A program made the translations under genes and the position numbers. Of a stretch of DNA of 35,184 nt, positions 17,201 through 25,569 are shown piece after piece. This DNA comes from Dehalococcoidia bacterium (GTDB lineage: Bacteria > Chloroflexota > Dehalococcoidia > Dehalococcoidales > Fen-1064). The stretch is taken from positions 1-35,184 of the forward strand of contig JAUYDN010000099.1 of assembly GCA_030691775.1 (NCBI GenBank), read 5' to 3'. The notes beneath the pieces are model-generated. The model did not search any database, was not told where the DNA came from, and saw only the letters and a program-made list of their open reading frames with translations. Positions within the stretch are counted from its first letter, which is position 1, and each line of letters opens with the position of its first letter.

Positions 17201-18573
17201 CAAGCAAGTATTTCGCTAGATTTCGGGGATGTCTGGAAAACCGTCAGGGAATGCTGTTTCAACAAGGCATGAAGAAGGGAGAACCCTGGTACCGTTATGA
17301 ATACTACGACCAGAAGAGGGCGGGTAGTGAAGTTCGCATTATTTGGGCTTTCATTGCGACTCACATTTCGGCATGTGACGGGGTACTCGGTCTGCAGACG
17401 AATCGTTCAATAAATGACTTCATCCCTGGCGCAATTGGGGACCCGAAGTTATTTCTCGCCCTACTCAACTCTTCCTCTGCACTCTTCTACCTTAGGCAAA
17501 TCTGTTTCTGTAAGAGGGAAAGTAGTAACCCTGAAACTGATAACTACTACGAATTCGCGGGAGGCAAAGTAGAACAACTGTCGGTACCCCGCCTACTCCT
17601 GGAAGACAATCACGTGAAAGAACGTACCAGTTTGCTGGCGGGAAAATGCTCCGTACTTGGAGCACTCGTCCCGGGTCTCCATCCGCGTAAGCTCTTCGAG
17701 ATGCCGCGCGAAGCCTATACAGACTGGTACGGCGGCATCCGAGGTTACCAGTTGCCTCATCCCGCTCTGAACCTCAAGTGGAGAACGGCAAGCGAGCTGC
17801 TTAGGGCATGGCGTTGGGCAATTGATGAAATGCATACCATCCGCAGACAGATGATTGCCTTACAAGAAGAAATGGACTGGCTGATGTACGGCGCCTATCA
17901 GATACTGCCCCTAAACCACCCTGCGGTAAACCTGCATGGCCCTCCGCAACCCCAAGCCATCGACCGTATAGAACGTCCCTATCGTCTGGTGCAGAACAAC
18001 CAATCCTCTCCACCTGACTGGAGCGTGGAGCAAAGAAGACTTTGGCAGGCGCGCCTCGATGCCATTGCGGAGGAAGAATTTATTGGACAGGTAGAAAATC
18101 CGGCTTACAAACGGCGTTGGGAAGAACCCTTCGGTGATAAAGATTTCCTCACGGCGTATGAATGGTGGCTCAGGGAAAAGGCTGAGTGGTGGCTGGAAAA
18201 CAAACACAAAGGTGGCCCCATCAGTCTGGATGTGTGGGCAGCCGAACTATGGCAGGACAGACGCGTGAGAGCTGCATACGAAGCTGCCTTGGAGATTGGG
18301 CAAGCAATAGGAGACAAAGACTACCAGCGTGAAGCTGAAAATGGCAATCAAGCCCGGCACCTGAAGCGCGTTATCGAAGAAGAGACAGTGCCGGACCGGC
18401 GAGATGCATTTAAGAAAAAACACGAGAAACTGCGCAGCATTAGTGCCGAGAAACATTTGCCTAATGGCGTGCCCAGGGAAAGGTTCCGCTCGGTTACAGA
18501 TAAACCTGGCTATTACGTATGGGCGGGGAAGGACATCTGGGGCGGCGTTCAAGGAGATAAATGGGATGACTGA
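14272..18573 (+). CDS. Large N6-adenine DNA methyltransferase (Eco57I/type IIG-like N-half, BREX-2 PglX-like C-half)
   Basis: GSYYTP, DPAVGSGAF (motif I), YGVDI and VGNPPF (motif IV); also PGHGTPT, MIALQEEMDW and YKRRW. CAGGAG RBS before ATG 14272. Confidence 0.88.
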   Translation: MNVADQVQQQLRALNGYDALLALFEALGFSYANEPHSTVDWTESVKRDVSDFRLAARHGAFNVFYVVIPESHMFSRERQITSKILATEPHSLIVFTEPAHRLWHFVHVRYDERLERRKQLRRFVVDLGEEHTETRLRTTAERLARIAIQPSEQVSVLEMQERCDEAFRISEVTRGFLKSFVSVVADLTNALLKNNPALLKTEPEALCQAQLLMDRLVFLYFVQKKNWLNGEPAYLYLRFRKCYEADHGQDTFYRERLLPLFRALSHRAAQRPHTDDGKDEALPFLNGGLFDLPLSYGTANPPIDERLRLPNQALYSVFEDFLERYNFTTTEDTPLDVEVAINPEVIGTIFETFVLTSENEPETNAPDRRKATGSYYTPRCVVHFICQAVFRRYLASRTGIAERVVKELVEYLPAQQLSSDEEKELVGLMSVKDAEKLREAAVQIRACDPAVGSGAFPVGLLQEVVKLVSLLDLRIKGRDYIQHLNYAHDLKKRVIEECLYGVDIQEQAVQICELRLWLSLVVDYETDERLPLIERISQIEPLPNLTFRIRVGDSLIDQIFGRNWDVKNQRHDDLTSELTARKRSYYESQTPEGKRDLERQIIVLQLRLLERLLEAERLETGADLPMLDEMVSAQQRLRVTYIKMRLQEIDDLLKHCRTAMGQANQPVAEAWEHTRRFDAIRKQLGVSFIWELDFAEAFDPARSGNGDNKKGFDVIVGNPPFVTARNPEKREQYRRRWPTSCYKKYHLLAPFTELALSKLLRKGGQLGYIVSNAFATRDFGKPLVEQVFQQMELQNVVDCSGLMFPGHGTPTCILLGYTVANRPKLTTYLCGTKPGMGQLHEEAEETELWAEIEDGWENPTFKGKRMEVAEWTEDVARAHPWSLNAAGTNLKDSMEEGSSMLDGYSPYSVSYSTVSGKDAVFVLPFDSSRRFLLKDLARLFVLGEELRDWSVTPSQLAIHPFSDDGLLLEPELLSAGASKYFARFRGCLENRQGMLFQQGMKKGEPWYRYEYYDQKRAGSEVRIIWAFIATHISACDGVLGLQTNRSINDFIPGAIGDPKLFLALLNSSSALFYLRQICFCKRESSNPETDNYYEFAGGKVEQLSVPRLLLEDNHVKERTSLLAGKCSVLGALVPGLHPRKLFEMPREAYTDWYGGIRGYQLPHPALNLKWRTASELLRAWRWAIDEMHTIRRQMIALQEEMDWLMYGAYQILPLNHPAVNLHGPPQPQAIDRIERPYRLVQNNQSSPPDWSVEQRRLWQARLDAIAEEEFIGQVENPAYKRRWEEPFGDKDFLTAYEWWLREKAEWWLENKHKGGPISLDVWAAELWQDRRVRAAYEAALEIGQAIGDKDYQREAENGNQARHLKRVIEEETVPDRRDAFKKKHEKLRSISAEKHLPNGVPRERFRSVTDKPGYYVWAGKDIWGGVQGDKWDD

Positions 18574-21500
18574 CCGGCTGATAGATAACCAGGACTTACG
18601 CCTTTCTGACGCTCTCAGTGAGCTCATTCCACACGCTACGGTGGCGCGATTCGCGGTGGGCTATTTCTTCATTTCCGGGTTCAACGCCCTCGCGGACAAA
18701 ATAGGTAAACTCGACAAGCTGCAATTGCTTATTGGCACCACCAGTAGCAAAGAGACCATTGAGCAACTGGCGCTCGGTTACCGCCGCCGCGAGCTAATTG
18801 AAGAGAAACTGAGAGAACAGCGGTTTGTAGCCGTGGAACGGGCAATCGGGGAGACTGTAACCAGTATCCGTCAAGAAATCAGCGAGCTGCAACCCGGCGA
18901 GCGCGAAGAAAAGACAATCGCCACGCTCGCTGAGCTTATTACGTCTGGCAAAATCGAAGTCAAGGTCTACACACGTGGGACATTGCACGCCAAAGCCTAC
19001 ATTTTCGACTATCGGCATCCCCAGCCCAATTCTAAGGGCATCGGTATTGTCGGCTCCAGCAATCTCACTGAGCCTGGCCTGACCGTAAACAGTGAGCTCA
19101 ATGTTCAGGTAGACGACGACGCAAATGTTATGACTGGTGAAGGGCTCCACCGCGACTTGTGCACGTGGTTTGATAGGCTCTGGGCAGATGCAAAGCCATT
19201 CTCAACAGAGCTGATGAATGAATTAAAGGAAAGCTGGGCCCTTACCGTCGCCCGCCCGTACGATGTCTACCTGAAGATGCTCTTCGAACTGGTGCGGAGC
19301 AGACTCGAAGGTGATGGTTCGAAACTGATTTTGCCGGAAGAGATTCCGCTCGCGGCATATCAAAAAGTGGCGGTACAGCAAGCAATCCGCATGGTCGACC
19401 AGTACGGAGGGGCCTTCGTGGCAGATGTGGTGGGTGTAGGGAAGACTTTTGTTGGCTCGGCCGTTGCCCGCTTCTATTATGAATCAGAAAAACGCCGGCC
19501 GCTCATCATTTGTCCCAACGCACTCGTGGAGATGTGGGAAAAGTACAGCAAGATGTGGTTCCTCAATGCGGAAATCGTTTCCATGAGTATGCTGCGGGAA
19601 CAGTCTGCGGAAGGCGCAGACAGGAAAATCTCCGGGCTGGACGAAGAACTGGTGCAGCACTGCGGCTTCGTGCTTATTGATGAAAGTCACAACTTCCGGT
19701 ATTCAGATAGCCAGCGCTATCGGGTACTCTCGGACTTCCTGATGGAGGGCACGGACCGGAAGGTTCTATTGCTCACTGCCACTCCCTACAACAAATCGGC
19801 GCTGGACATTTATAACCAGCTAAAATTGTTCCACCACAACGAGACGACGATGATACCGGTCGAGCCCCGCAATCTGAAGCAGTATTTCAAACGAGTGGAG
19901 GATGGAGAACGGCGGCTCTCCGACCTATTGGTCCACATGCTCGTAAGACGGACCCGTTGGCAATTACTCCGCTGGTACGGGTACGACGAGAACACTGATA
20001 AAGCGGTAGATACTCACAACTTCCAACCTTACCTCAACAGCGAGAAACGTGCCTACCTCCGCTTCTATGATGCGGCGGGCACACTATCTAAGAAATTCTT
20101 CCCCTTACGGGAATTGGAGACAATCGATTACTGCATTGACGACGTATACGGTAATCTCTTCGGCAAATCGCTCTACGACCAGATTGTGGCTTTGCTGCAC
20201 AGGCGTAAAACCAGTATCAGTGAGGAAACACTCGAGGACGAGCCGGCGCCGGCGTCCGACCCCAGAGCGCTTACCTACGCTCGGTATGGGCTATGGAATT
20301 ACGTCAAACCGGAGTGGAAAAACGACGCTCGTTATAAGAGACTGGTGAGAGCCGGGAAGAACCTGCGCGGACTTATCCGCACTAGCCTTTTTAAGCGTCT
20401 CGAAAGCTCCGTGGAGGCTTTTCGCAAAAGCATCGGCCGGCAGGTAACTGTGCATGAGAACTTCTTGGCGGCACTCAGTAACGGGAAAATCGCTGCCGGT
20501 GAAAGGGCCGCCGACCTATTAGAAATTGACCGGGATGATACCGAAGAAGCGTTACAGTCCTTTCTCAATGCGCTTGAAGAATTCGAAGAGCAACGTGGCT
20601 TTCATTATGACATCGACGCCTTCGAGAAGGAGCACCTGCGCGCTGACGTGGAGCACGACCTAGACACTTTCCGTGACATCAATGAAATGGTGAGCACTGC
20701 AAAGATTCCCGCTTCAAACGACGACAAGCTGAAGACCCTTATGAAACAGCTGCTAAAATTAAGACAGAAAGGGAAAGTCATTCTCTTCACTCAATATGAG
20801 GATACAGCCAAGTACCTGATGGACAATCTGCCAACTGCCCTACGCTCGCATGCCGCTTTGGTTACCGGCGAAACCGAGAACAAGATGAGTGTTGTCAGGC
20901 GTTTCGCACCAGAAGCCAATGAATACGCTCCTGGGCGGGGTCAGGAACTGCATCTATTGATTGCTACGGATGTATTATCCGAAGGTCTAAACCTACAAGA
21001 CTGCCACCAGGTCGTCAACTATGACCTGCATTGGAATCCCGTCCGGTTAATTCAACGGTTTGGACGCATCGACCGCGTCGGCTCTAACCATGACAGGATT
21101 TTCGCCTTCAATTTCTTGCCAGAAAAGGCCGCAGAGCATGAGCTGGGGTTAAGCGAGAAGCTACGGGCAAGAATCAGTGAGTTCAATGAGATATTGGGGC
21201 TTGATTCACAAGTACTTGATAACAAGGAGAAGGTAAATACTGAGGCAGTCTATGCAGTCTACGAGGAAAAAGGCGGCAGACACTTGGGCGCTTTTGAAGC
21301 AGGAGAAACTGACCTGGTCGGAGTCACGCTGGCGGAAGCTGAGGAGTTCTTCCGGGATTTACGGGAGAAAGCGCCTGCAGAATATGACCGCATTAAGAAC
21401 TTGCGAGATGGCATCCGCACAGCCCGTTCGACGGGCGAAAAAAAAGTGCTTGTATTGTGCCGTGCCGGTGACTTCCTGCATCTGTATGTGCGTAATCTCG

Positions 21501-21973
21501 ATGACCAGTCTGTAGACATTGACACTCTTGACGCACTTAATCTTTTGAAATGCGGGCCAGAGGAGTTACCGGCGGAGCTTCCTAGAAACCTAAATGGCAT
21601 TCTAACAACGGTGAAGCTGAAACTCACAAATGATGTCGACGAGCTATGGAAACAAAGCCGCACCAAGAGTCCGCTTAGCCCAGGGCAAAAATACGTTCGC
21701 GACGGATTGGAACGATTGCGTGTGCAATTACCTCACTTGGATGCCGACGGGGGACTTAGCCGTCTTGCCGAAGCCACTGTGAAAACACGTCAGCGGCGTT
21801 TCCAGCGGGCATGCGATAGATTGCGCCGGGATAAAGTAGCTGGAGAAGCACTACTAAGGAGAACCCGACAGCTGTACTATGACTGTGCCCTTCACATTGA
21901 AGTCGCCGCCGTCAAGGAAGAAGAGATTGAAACCAGGATACCGAGAATTGTTGCGGTGGCGGCGCTGGTGTAG
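18566..21973 (+). CDS. PLD nuclease-SNF2/SF2 helicase fusion
   Basis: PLD motifs LHAKAYIFD (HKD) and GSSNLT; helicase motifs ADVVGVGKT, DESH, TATP, SEGLNLQ and QRFGRIDR. Start overlaps the MTase stop (ATGACTGA). Confidence 0.92.
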   Translation: MTDRLIDNQDLRLSDALSELIPHATVARFAVGYFFISGFNALADKIGKLDKLQLLIGTTSSKETIEQLALGYRRRELIEEKLREQRFVAVERAIGETVTSIRQEISELQPGEREEKTIATLAELITSGKIEVKVYTRGTLHAKAYIFDYRHPQPNSKGIGIVGSSNLTEPGLTVNSELNVQVDDDANVMTGEGLHRDLCTWFDRLWADAKPFSTELMNELKESWALTVARPYDVYLKMLFELVRSRLEGDGSKLILPEEIPLAAYQKVAVQQAIRMVDQYGGAFVADVVGVGKTFVGSAVARFYYESEKRRPLIICPNALVEMWEKYSKMWFLNAEIVSMSMLREQSAEGADRKISGLDEELVQHCGFVLIDESHNFRYSDSQRYRVLSDFLMEGTDRKVLLLTATPYNKSALDIYNQLKLFHHNETTMIPVEPRNLKQYFKRVEDGERRLSDLLVHMLVRRTRWQLLRWYGYDENTDKAVDTHNFQPYLNSEKRAYLRFYDAAGTLSKKFFPLRELETIDYCIDDVYGNLFGKSLYDQIVALLHRRKTSISEETLEDEPAPASDPRALTYARYGLWNYVKPEWKNDARYKRLVRAGKNLRGLIRTSLFKRLESSVEAFRKSIGRQVTVHENFLAALSNGKIAAGERAADLLEIDRDDTEEALQSFLNALEEFEEQRGFHYDIDAFEKEHLRADVEHDLDTFRDINEMVSTAKIPASNDDKLKTLMKQLLKLRQKGKVILFTQYEDTAKYLMDNLPTALRSHAALVTGETENKMSVVRRFAPEANEYAPGRGQELHLLIATDVLSEGLNLQDCHQVVNYDLHWNPVRLIQRFGRIDRVGSNHDRIFAFNFLPEKAAEHELGLSEKLRARISEFNEILGLDSQVLDNKEKVNTEAVYAVYEEKGGRHLGAFEAGETDLVGVTLAEAEEFFRDLREKAPAEYDRIKNLRDGIRTARSTGEKKVLVLCRAGDFLHLYVRNLDDQSVDIDTLDALNLLKCGPEELPAELPRNLNGILTTVKLKLTNDVDELWKQSRTKSPLSPGQKYVRDGLERLRVQLPHLDADGGLSRLAEATVKTRQRRFQRACDRLRRDKVAGEALLRRTRQLYYDCALHIEVAAVKEEEIETRIPRIVAVAALV

Positions 21974-22083
21974 TCAATCGCAACAAATATAAATACACGG
22001 GTTCTCAATGTTCAAGTCGTAATTATCGGCGTTTGCCGAAGTATAGTCACCATTCGAGACTGCACATTTCGTCATGTTGTGTT

Positions 22084-22103
22084 ATGAACCCCTGTCCGTG
22101 CGG
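22084..22103 (+). other. comM/YifB-like 'MNPCPCG' fragment, candidate attachment-site scar
   Basis: ATGAACCCCTGTCCGTGCGG in non-coding DNA 110 bp after the defence cassette. Confidence 0.5.
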
Positions 22104-22196
22104 AATGTAGTTACGACAATCGAGAGGGAGGTGGTTTTGAAATAGGGTTGCGGTCACCGGTGCCCCCGAGATGCAGCAAGGTAAATGAGGTTAGTG

Positions 22197-22225
22197 CTGA
22201 CAAGAAACCAGCCCATGTGTATAAT
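22197..22225 (+). promoter_or_regulatory. Promoter for the small membrane gene
   Basis: CTGACA-N17-TATAAT. Confidence 0.5.
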
Positions 22226-22511
22226 TGGAACACAGAGAACTACGCCATGTCTGAAACTACTTCTGCTCAAATGGAAAAGCGTCAGCGTGTCATGGGGTGG
22301 GTGGCTGTAGCACTATCCACGCTGGCCGCCTCAGTCCTGGGCATCGTCGCCGGTGAAGAGGTCATCATGCGCGACTGGCTTGGCGCCCTTTCGCACGCGG
22401 CTCAAATGTTGGTCGTAATAGTAGCTACCCTGGTCGCCCTGCGCTGGCCGCAATTTGGTGGCAGCCTCCTTGTGCTGGCCGGACTGGGGTTTATGTTACA
22501 GCTTGCACTAG

Positions 22512-22636
22512 TACTACTACGTTATGTTGCATTCGACGACATATGCCAACATATATTATTGCTTCGATGTCTCGGTCATGAAAGGTAAAGAGGGAGAGCA
22601 GTTCCAAGCTGACTTTGGGTACTTAACGCAGTAGTA
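22512..22636. mobile_element. 125-bp MITE flanked by CTAG
   Basis: TIRs TACTACTACGTTA / TAACGCAGTAGTA (12/13 match); CTAG at 22508-22511 and 22637-22640. Confidence 0.75.
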
Positions 22637-22640
22637 CTAG

Positions 22641-23960
22641 CAGGGTGCTGAAAAACGGGTGTTGGTGGGCATTTCTTCAGCCCTGATGCCTCTTTGTTGA
22701 TAATTCCTCACTGCTTTTTAGTTTTCGAAGTCGCTGGAAGGGGCTAAAACTGGTGTTTCGAGCCCGGTTTCAGTTTATTAGGCATAGTTCACCCCCAGCG
22801 GGCATGGCCAAGGCAAGTTTGGCCATCCTCACCAGGTTGTAGGCCACAGCGGTGAGCTCCCACCAGAGCCGGTTGCGCACCAACCCCTTATACCTGAGCT
22901 TGCGACCTCCGCCGACTGTCTTCACCCAGCCAAATATCTCCTCGACACGCTTGCGTATCCGCTGACTGGCTTGATAACCCGTATGGCGGGTGGTGCGTCC
23001 ATCCACCTTCGAAGTCTGGCGGCGGGCTACATGGGGCGTGATGTTCATTCTACGGCACATGGTGACGAAATCCTGTGTGTCGTAGCCCTTGTCTGCCCCG
23101 ACGGTAATCCGGCGTGACACCGGCACTCCCTCCAGCATGTCCAGCGCCGCGTCACGTTCCGCCGTGCCGGTAGCCTGAGTAAAGGTGACATCTACTACCA
23201 TGCCATTGCGGTTCTCCATCAGGACGTGGCCGGCAAAACATAGCTTGGCTTCCTTACCACGTCCCTTCCTGGCCAGCCACGCCTCGGGGTCCGTAGTCGA
23301 TTGGTGAGTATCATTCGTCCGCTGTTCCCCATGGAAGTCTACGCTGGGATTCTTCTCCCCGGTAGTGGGTGTGTCATTGCCCGCATCCTTGGGACGAAAA
23401 CTCTTCAAGGATGCCCACGCCTCCAGTAACGTGCCATCTACGGTGAAGTGGTCCTCTGATAGCAGCCTGCGCCGCCGCGCCTCTTCCAGTACCACTACCA
23501 GGAACTCCCTCGCCACGTCATGCTCTAGCAGTCTCTCCTTGTTCTTGGAGAAGGTCGAGGCATCAAACGCCGGGTCTATTATGTTGAGGTCCAGAAACCA
23601 CTTGAACAGCAGGTCGTACTGTAGTCGTTCACAGAACTGGCGCTCACTGCGCACCGAGTACAGGGCAATTAGTAGACATGCTTTGAGCAGGTGCTCGGGT
23701 GGTATTGAAGGCCGACCTGTCTCGGCATACATCCGGCTGAACGTAGGAGACAGCTCCCGCAGAGCGTTATCCACAATCGGTTTGATTTGACGTATAGGGT
23801 GGTCTTCAGGCACTAACTGGTCGGCCGTCACCAGACTGAGCATCGTCACCTGCGCATCTGCTTTGCCACGCATCTAAGCCTCCGATTATCTCGTTGGCTC
23901 TAATCTACCACAACCCGCAGGCTAAGTCAGCTACCCCCAAGAGACTTTTTCAGCACCCTG
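22641..23960 (-). mobile_element. IS5-family insertion sequence (1320 bp)
   Basis: Perfect 15-bp TIRs CAGGGTGCTGAAAAA / TTTTTCAGCACCCTG; CTAG target duplication at 22637 and 23961. Confidence 0.93.
22770..23873 (-). CDS. IS5-family DDE transposase
   Basis: GRPSIPPE and SERQ; DDE triad in VDGT, ADKGYD and RKRVEEIFGW. Confidence 0.93.
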   Translation of the reverse strand: MRGKADAQVTMLSLVTADQLVPEDHPIRQIKPIVDNALRELSPTFSRMYAETGRPSIPPEHLLKACLLIALYSVRSERQFCERLQYDLLFKWFLDLNIIDPAFDASTFSKNKERLLEHDVAREFLVVVLEEARRRRLLSEDHFTVDGTLLEAWASLKSFRPKDAGNDTPTTGEKNPSVDFHGEQRTNDTHQSTTDPEAWLARKGRGKEAKLCFAGHVLMENRNGMVVDVTFTQATGTAERDAALDMLEGVPVSRRITVGADKGYDTQDFVTMCRRMNITPHVARRQTSKVDGRTTRHTGYQASQRIRKRVEEIFGWVKTVGGGRKLRYKGLVRNRLWWELTAVAYNLVRMAKLALAMPAGGELCLIN

Positions 23961-24135
23961 CTAGAGTTGGCGCGGGCACGGCAATTAACTGCCTATGCGA
24001 TACGTGGCGGGATCATTTTGGCAGACGAAGCCCCTTGAAATTACGTGGAATTGGGTATTGACAGATTGCCTTCCTCATGGTAACCTTAATGTCGACCAAG
24101 CGATTGCTCGAAAACGTGAAAGTGGGTCTGCGACA

Positions 24136-24798
24136 TTGAGTGACATTCGTAGCTACAGCCGGAATCAGGCACTGGTTGAGCAGCGCCGTCTGGAGCTTCT
24201 GCATACCGCGGCTCGGGTTTTCGCCAGAAACGGATATCACAGGACGACTACCCGGCAGTTGGCTGACGCTTGCGGCATGGGTTCAGGTACGATGTACCAC
24301 TACTTGGGTTCGAAGAGCGACATACTCCGGATGATGCTCGACTACTCTGTGGTCCATATCTACGGGGCCAGCGAGTCCTTTGTGGAGACCTTGCGGCCAG
24401 CCGACCCCGCATATGCGCTTGCCGAAACGATACGGTACCTCTCGCGTTTATTGGCCGAATACCATGATTTGCACAACGTTCTAAACCAGGAAATGGTCCA
24501 CCTGCAATCAGGTGACCAAGAGCTGTTCTTGAATCTGGCGCTCCGGCGTGTAACTATGTTCGAAAAATTGCTCAATGATGGTGTGAAGGCGGGGGTTTTC
24601 AAAGTCAGCGACGTCAGTCATGCGGCTCAGGTGATCAGCTACTTGGTCACCATGTGGGTTAGAAGGTATCTTCTACTTAAAGGCCGTTACACCTTGGAAC
24701 AGCATGCTGACCAATTGACGCTGGAGATCTTGAGGATGCTCGGCGTGCCCGACGAAAACGTGCGTGCGGAGGGCAAGGCAATCACGCTGTGCGATTAA
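24136..24798 (+). CDS. TetR/AcrR family regulator (start codon uncertain)
   Basis: TetR HTH: AARVFARNGYHRTTTRQLADACGMGSGTMYHYLGSKSDIL. Confidence 0.85.
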   Translation: MSDIRSYSRNQALVEQRRLELLHTAARVFARNGYHRTTTRQLADACGMGSGTMYHYLGSKSDILRMMLDYSVVHIYGASESFVETLRPADPAYALAETIRYLSRLLAEYHDLHNVLNQEMVHLQSGDQELFLNLALRRVTMFEKLLNDGVKAGVFKVSDVSHAAQVISYLVTMWVRRYLLLKGRYTLEQHADQLTLEILRMLGVPDENVRAEGKAITLCD

Positions 24799-25026
24799 AA
24801 GAGAACAGCCCGAGTTGACGGTCGAATAAGCGCGAGGGTGACTCTTGGGGGAGTCACCATCAGGAGAGAAAATGACAAAAATGGATAGCGGTCGCTATGC
24901 ACTTTCATTTATCTCTCAAAGTTTTATACCTGCATAATTCTGTCACATTGTCAACAGAGGTCAGGATAACCTTTTACTCAATCATAGTTGGTGGTATAAT
25001 CTTCTCAAAGGCAAGGGAGGCAAATC

Positions 25027-25569
25027 ATGATTAGTTTTGCCCTTGCCTATGTGAGAGGACTAATGGTTAAGTTTAAGCCACTGAAATGGAACGATTATCT
25101 GATATGTCTCCTACACGACAAGGATAATATTAGGAGAACAATAGGTTTGATTCCATATTTTTGGGATGATGATATACATTTCACTCTTGCTTTAAGACCA
25201 ATAAGAAATGTCGAACACCATGATGATATATGGAGTATAAAGTGGCGTTTGTTAGATTTGGATGGTAATCGTCTAAAAGAGGGTAAAGATACTGTCAATA
25301 TTACAAATGCTAAGTGGATGCGTAGATATTTTGGTGGTCCTTGGACATCAGGGAAAAGAAGGGCTATTGTGCTTGGTAATTTAAGTCCGAATAGAAATTA
25401 TATATTGAAAGTCGTTTTAACTAACGGAATAGGCAATAGCGTTGAAGAAGCGATGGCGACATTCAGTACAAAAGATAGAGGAGATTTTTATTCCCAGATA
25501 TTTCTAATCCTATTTAGTATAGTGGCAGCATTGATATTCTCTGCTCTAGCGAAATGGTGTGGGTTATGA
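25027..25569 (+). CDS. AT-rich hypothetical protein with C-terminal TM anchor, passenger of the IS6-like unit
   Basis: TGGTATAAT promoter and GGGAGG RBS upstream; hydrophobic C-terminus; stop overlaps the transposase ATG (ATGA). Confidence 0.6.
   Translation: MISFALAYVRGLMVKFKPLKWNDYLICLLHDKDNIRRTIGLIPYFWDDDIHFTLALRPIRNVEHHDDIWSIKWRLLDLDGNRLKEGKDTVNITNAKWMRRYFGGPWTSGKRRAIVLGNLSPNRNYILKVVLTNGIGNSVEEAMATFSTKDRGDFYSQIFLILFSIVAALIFSALAKWCGL

Larger units (their letters stand above)
4865..22127. mobile_element. tRNA-Lys-integrated element (int/xis/primase-helicase/resolvase) with a defence cassette; right end uncertain
   Basis: Integrase next to and convergent on the tRNA, xis, replication gene, resolvase and RM-like cargo. 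No structural or T4SS genes. No attR copy of the tRNA 3' end was found. Confidence 0.75.
22247..24038 (+). pseudogene. Small membrane protein gene interrupted by MITE and IS5
   Basis: Three hydrophobic segments. Removing 22512-23964 restores an in-frame ORF of about 112 aa (...GFMLQLALELARARQLTAYAIRGGIILADEAP*). Confidence 0.65.

Noticed and set aside
18404-18565. N-terminal extension of the helicase in the ORF track
   Set aside because: Overlaps the MTase 3' end; the AAGGAG RBS and ATG at 18566 give a better, coupled start.
12541-21973. Calling the cassette a complete BREX or DISARM system
   Set aside because: No pglZ, brxC/pglY or pglW, and no drmA/drmB (DUF1998), in the window.
22828-22838. 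CTCACCAGGTT matches the tRNA-Lys 3' end and flank (possible attR)
   Set aside because: Only 11 bp and lies inside the IS5 transposase coding sequence; most likely chance.
23995-24135. Long N-terminal extension of TetR
   Set aside because: Overlaps the remnant of the interrupted membrane gene; the TetR domain begins downstream.
24837-24858. GGTGACTC/GAGTCACC hairpin after tetR as a terminator
   Set aside because: No T-tract; cannot tell terminator from operator, so it was not called.
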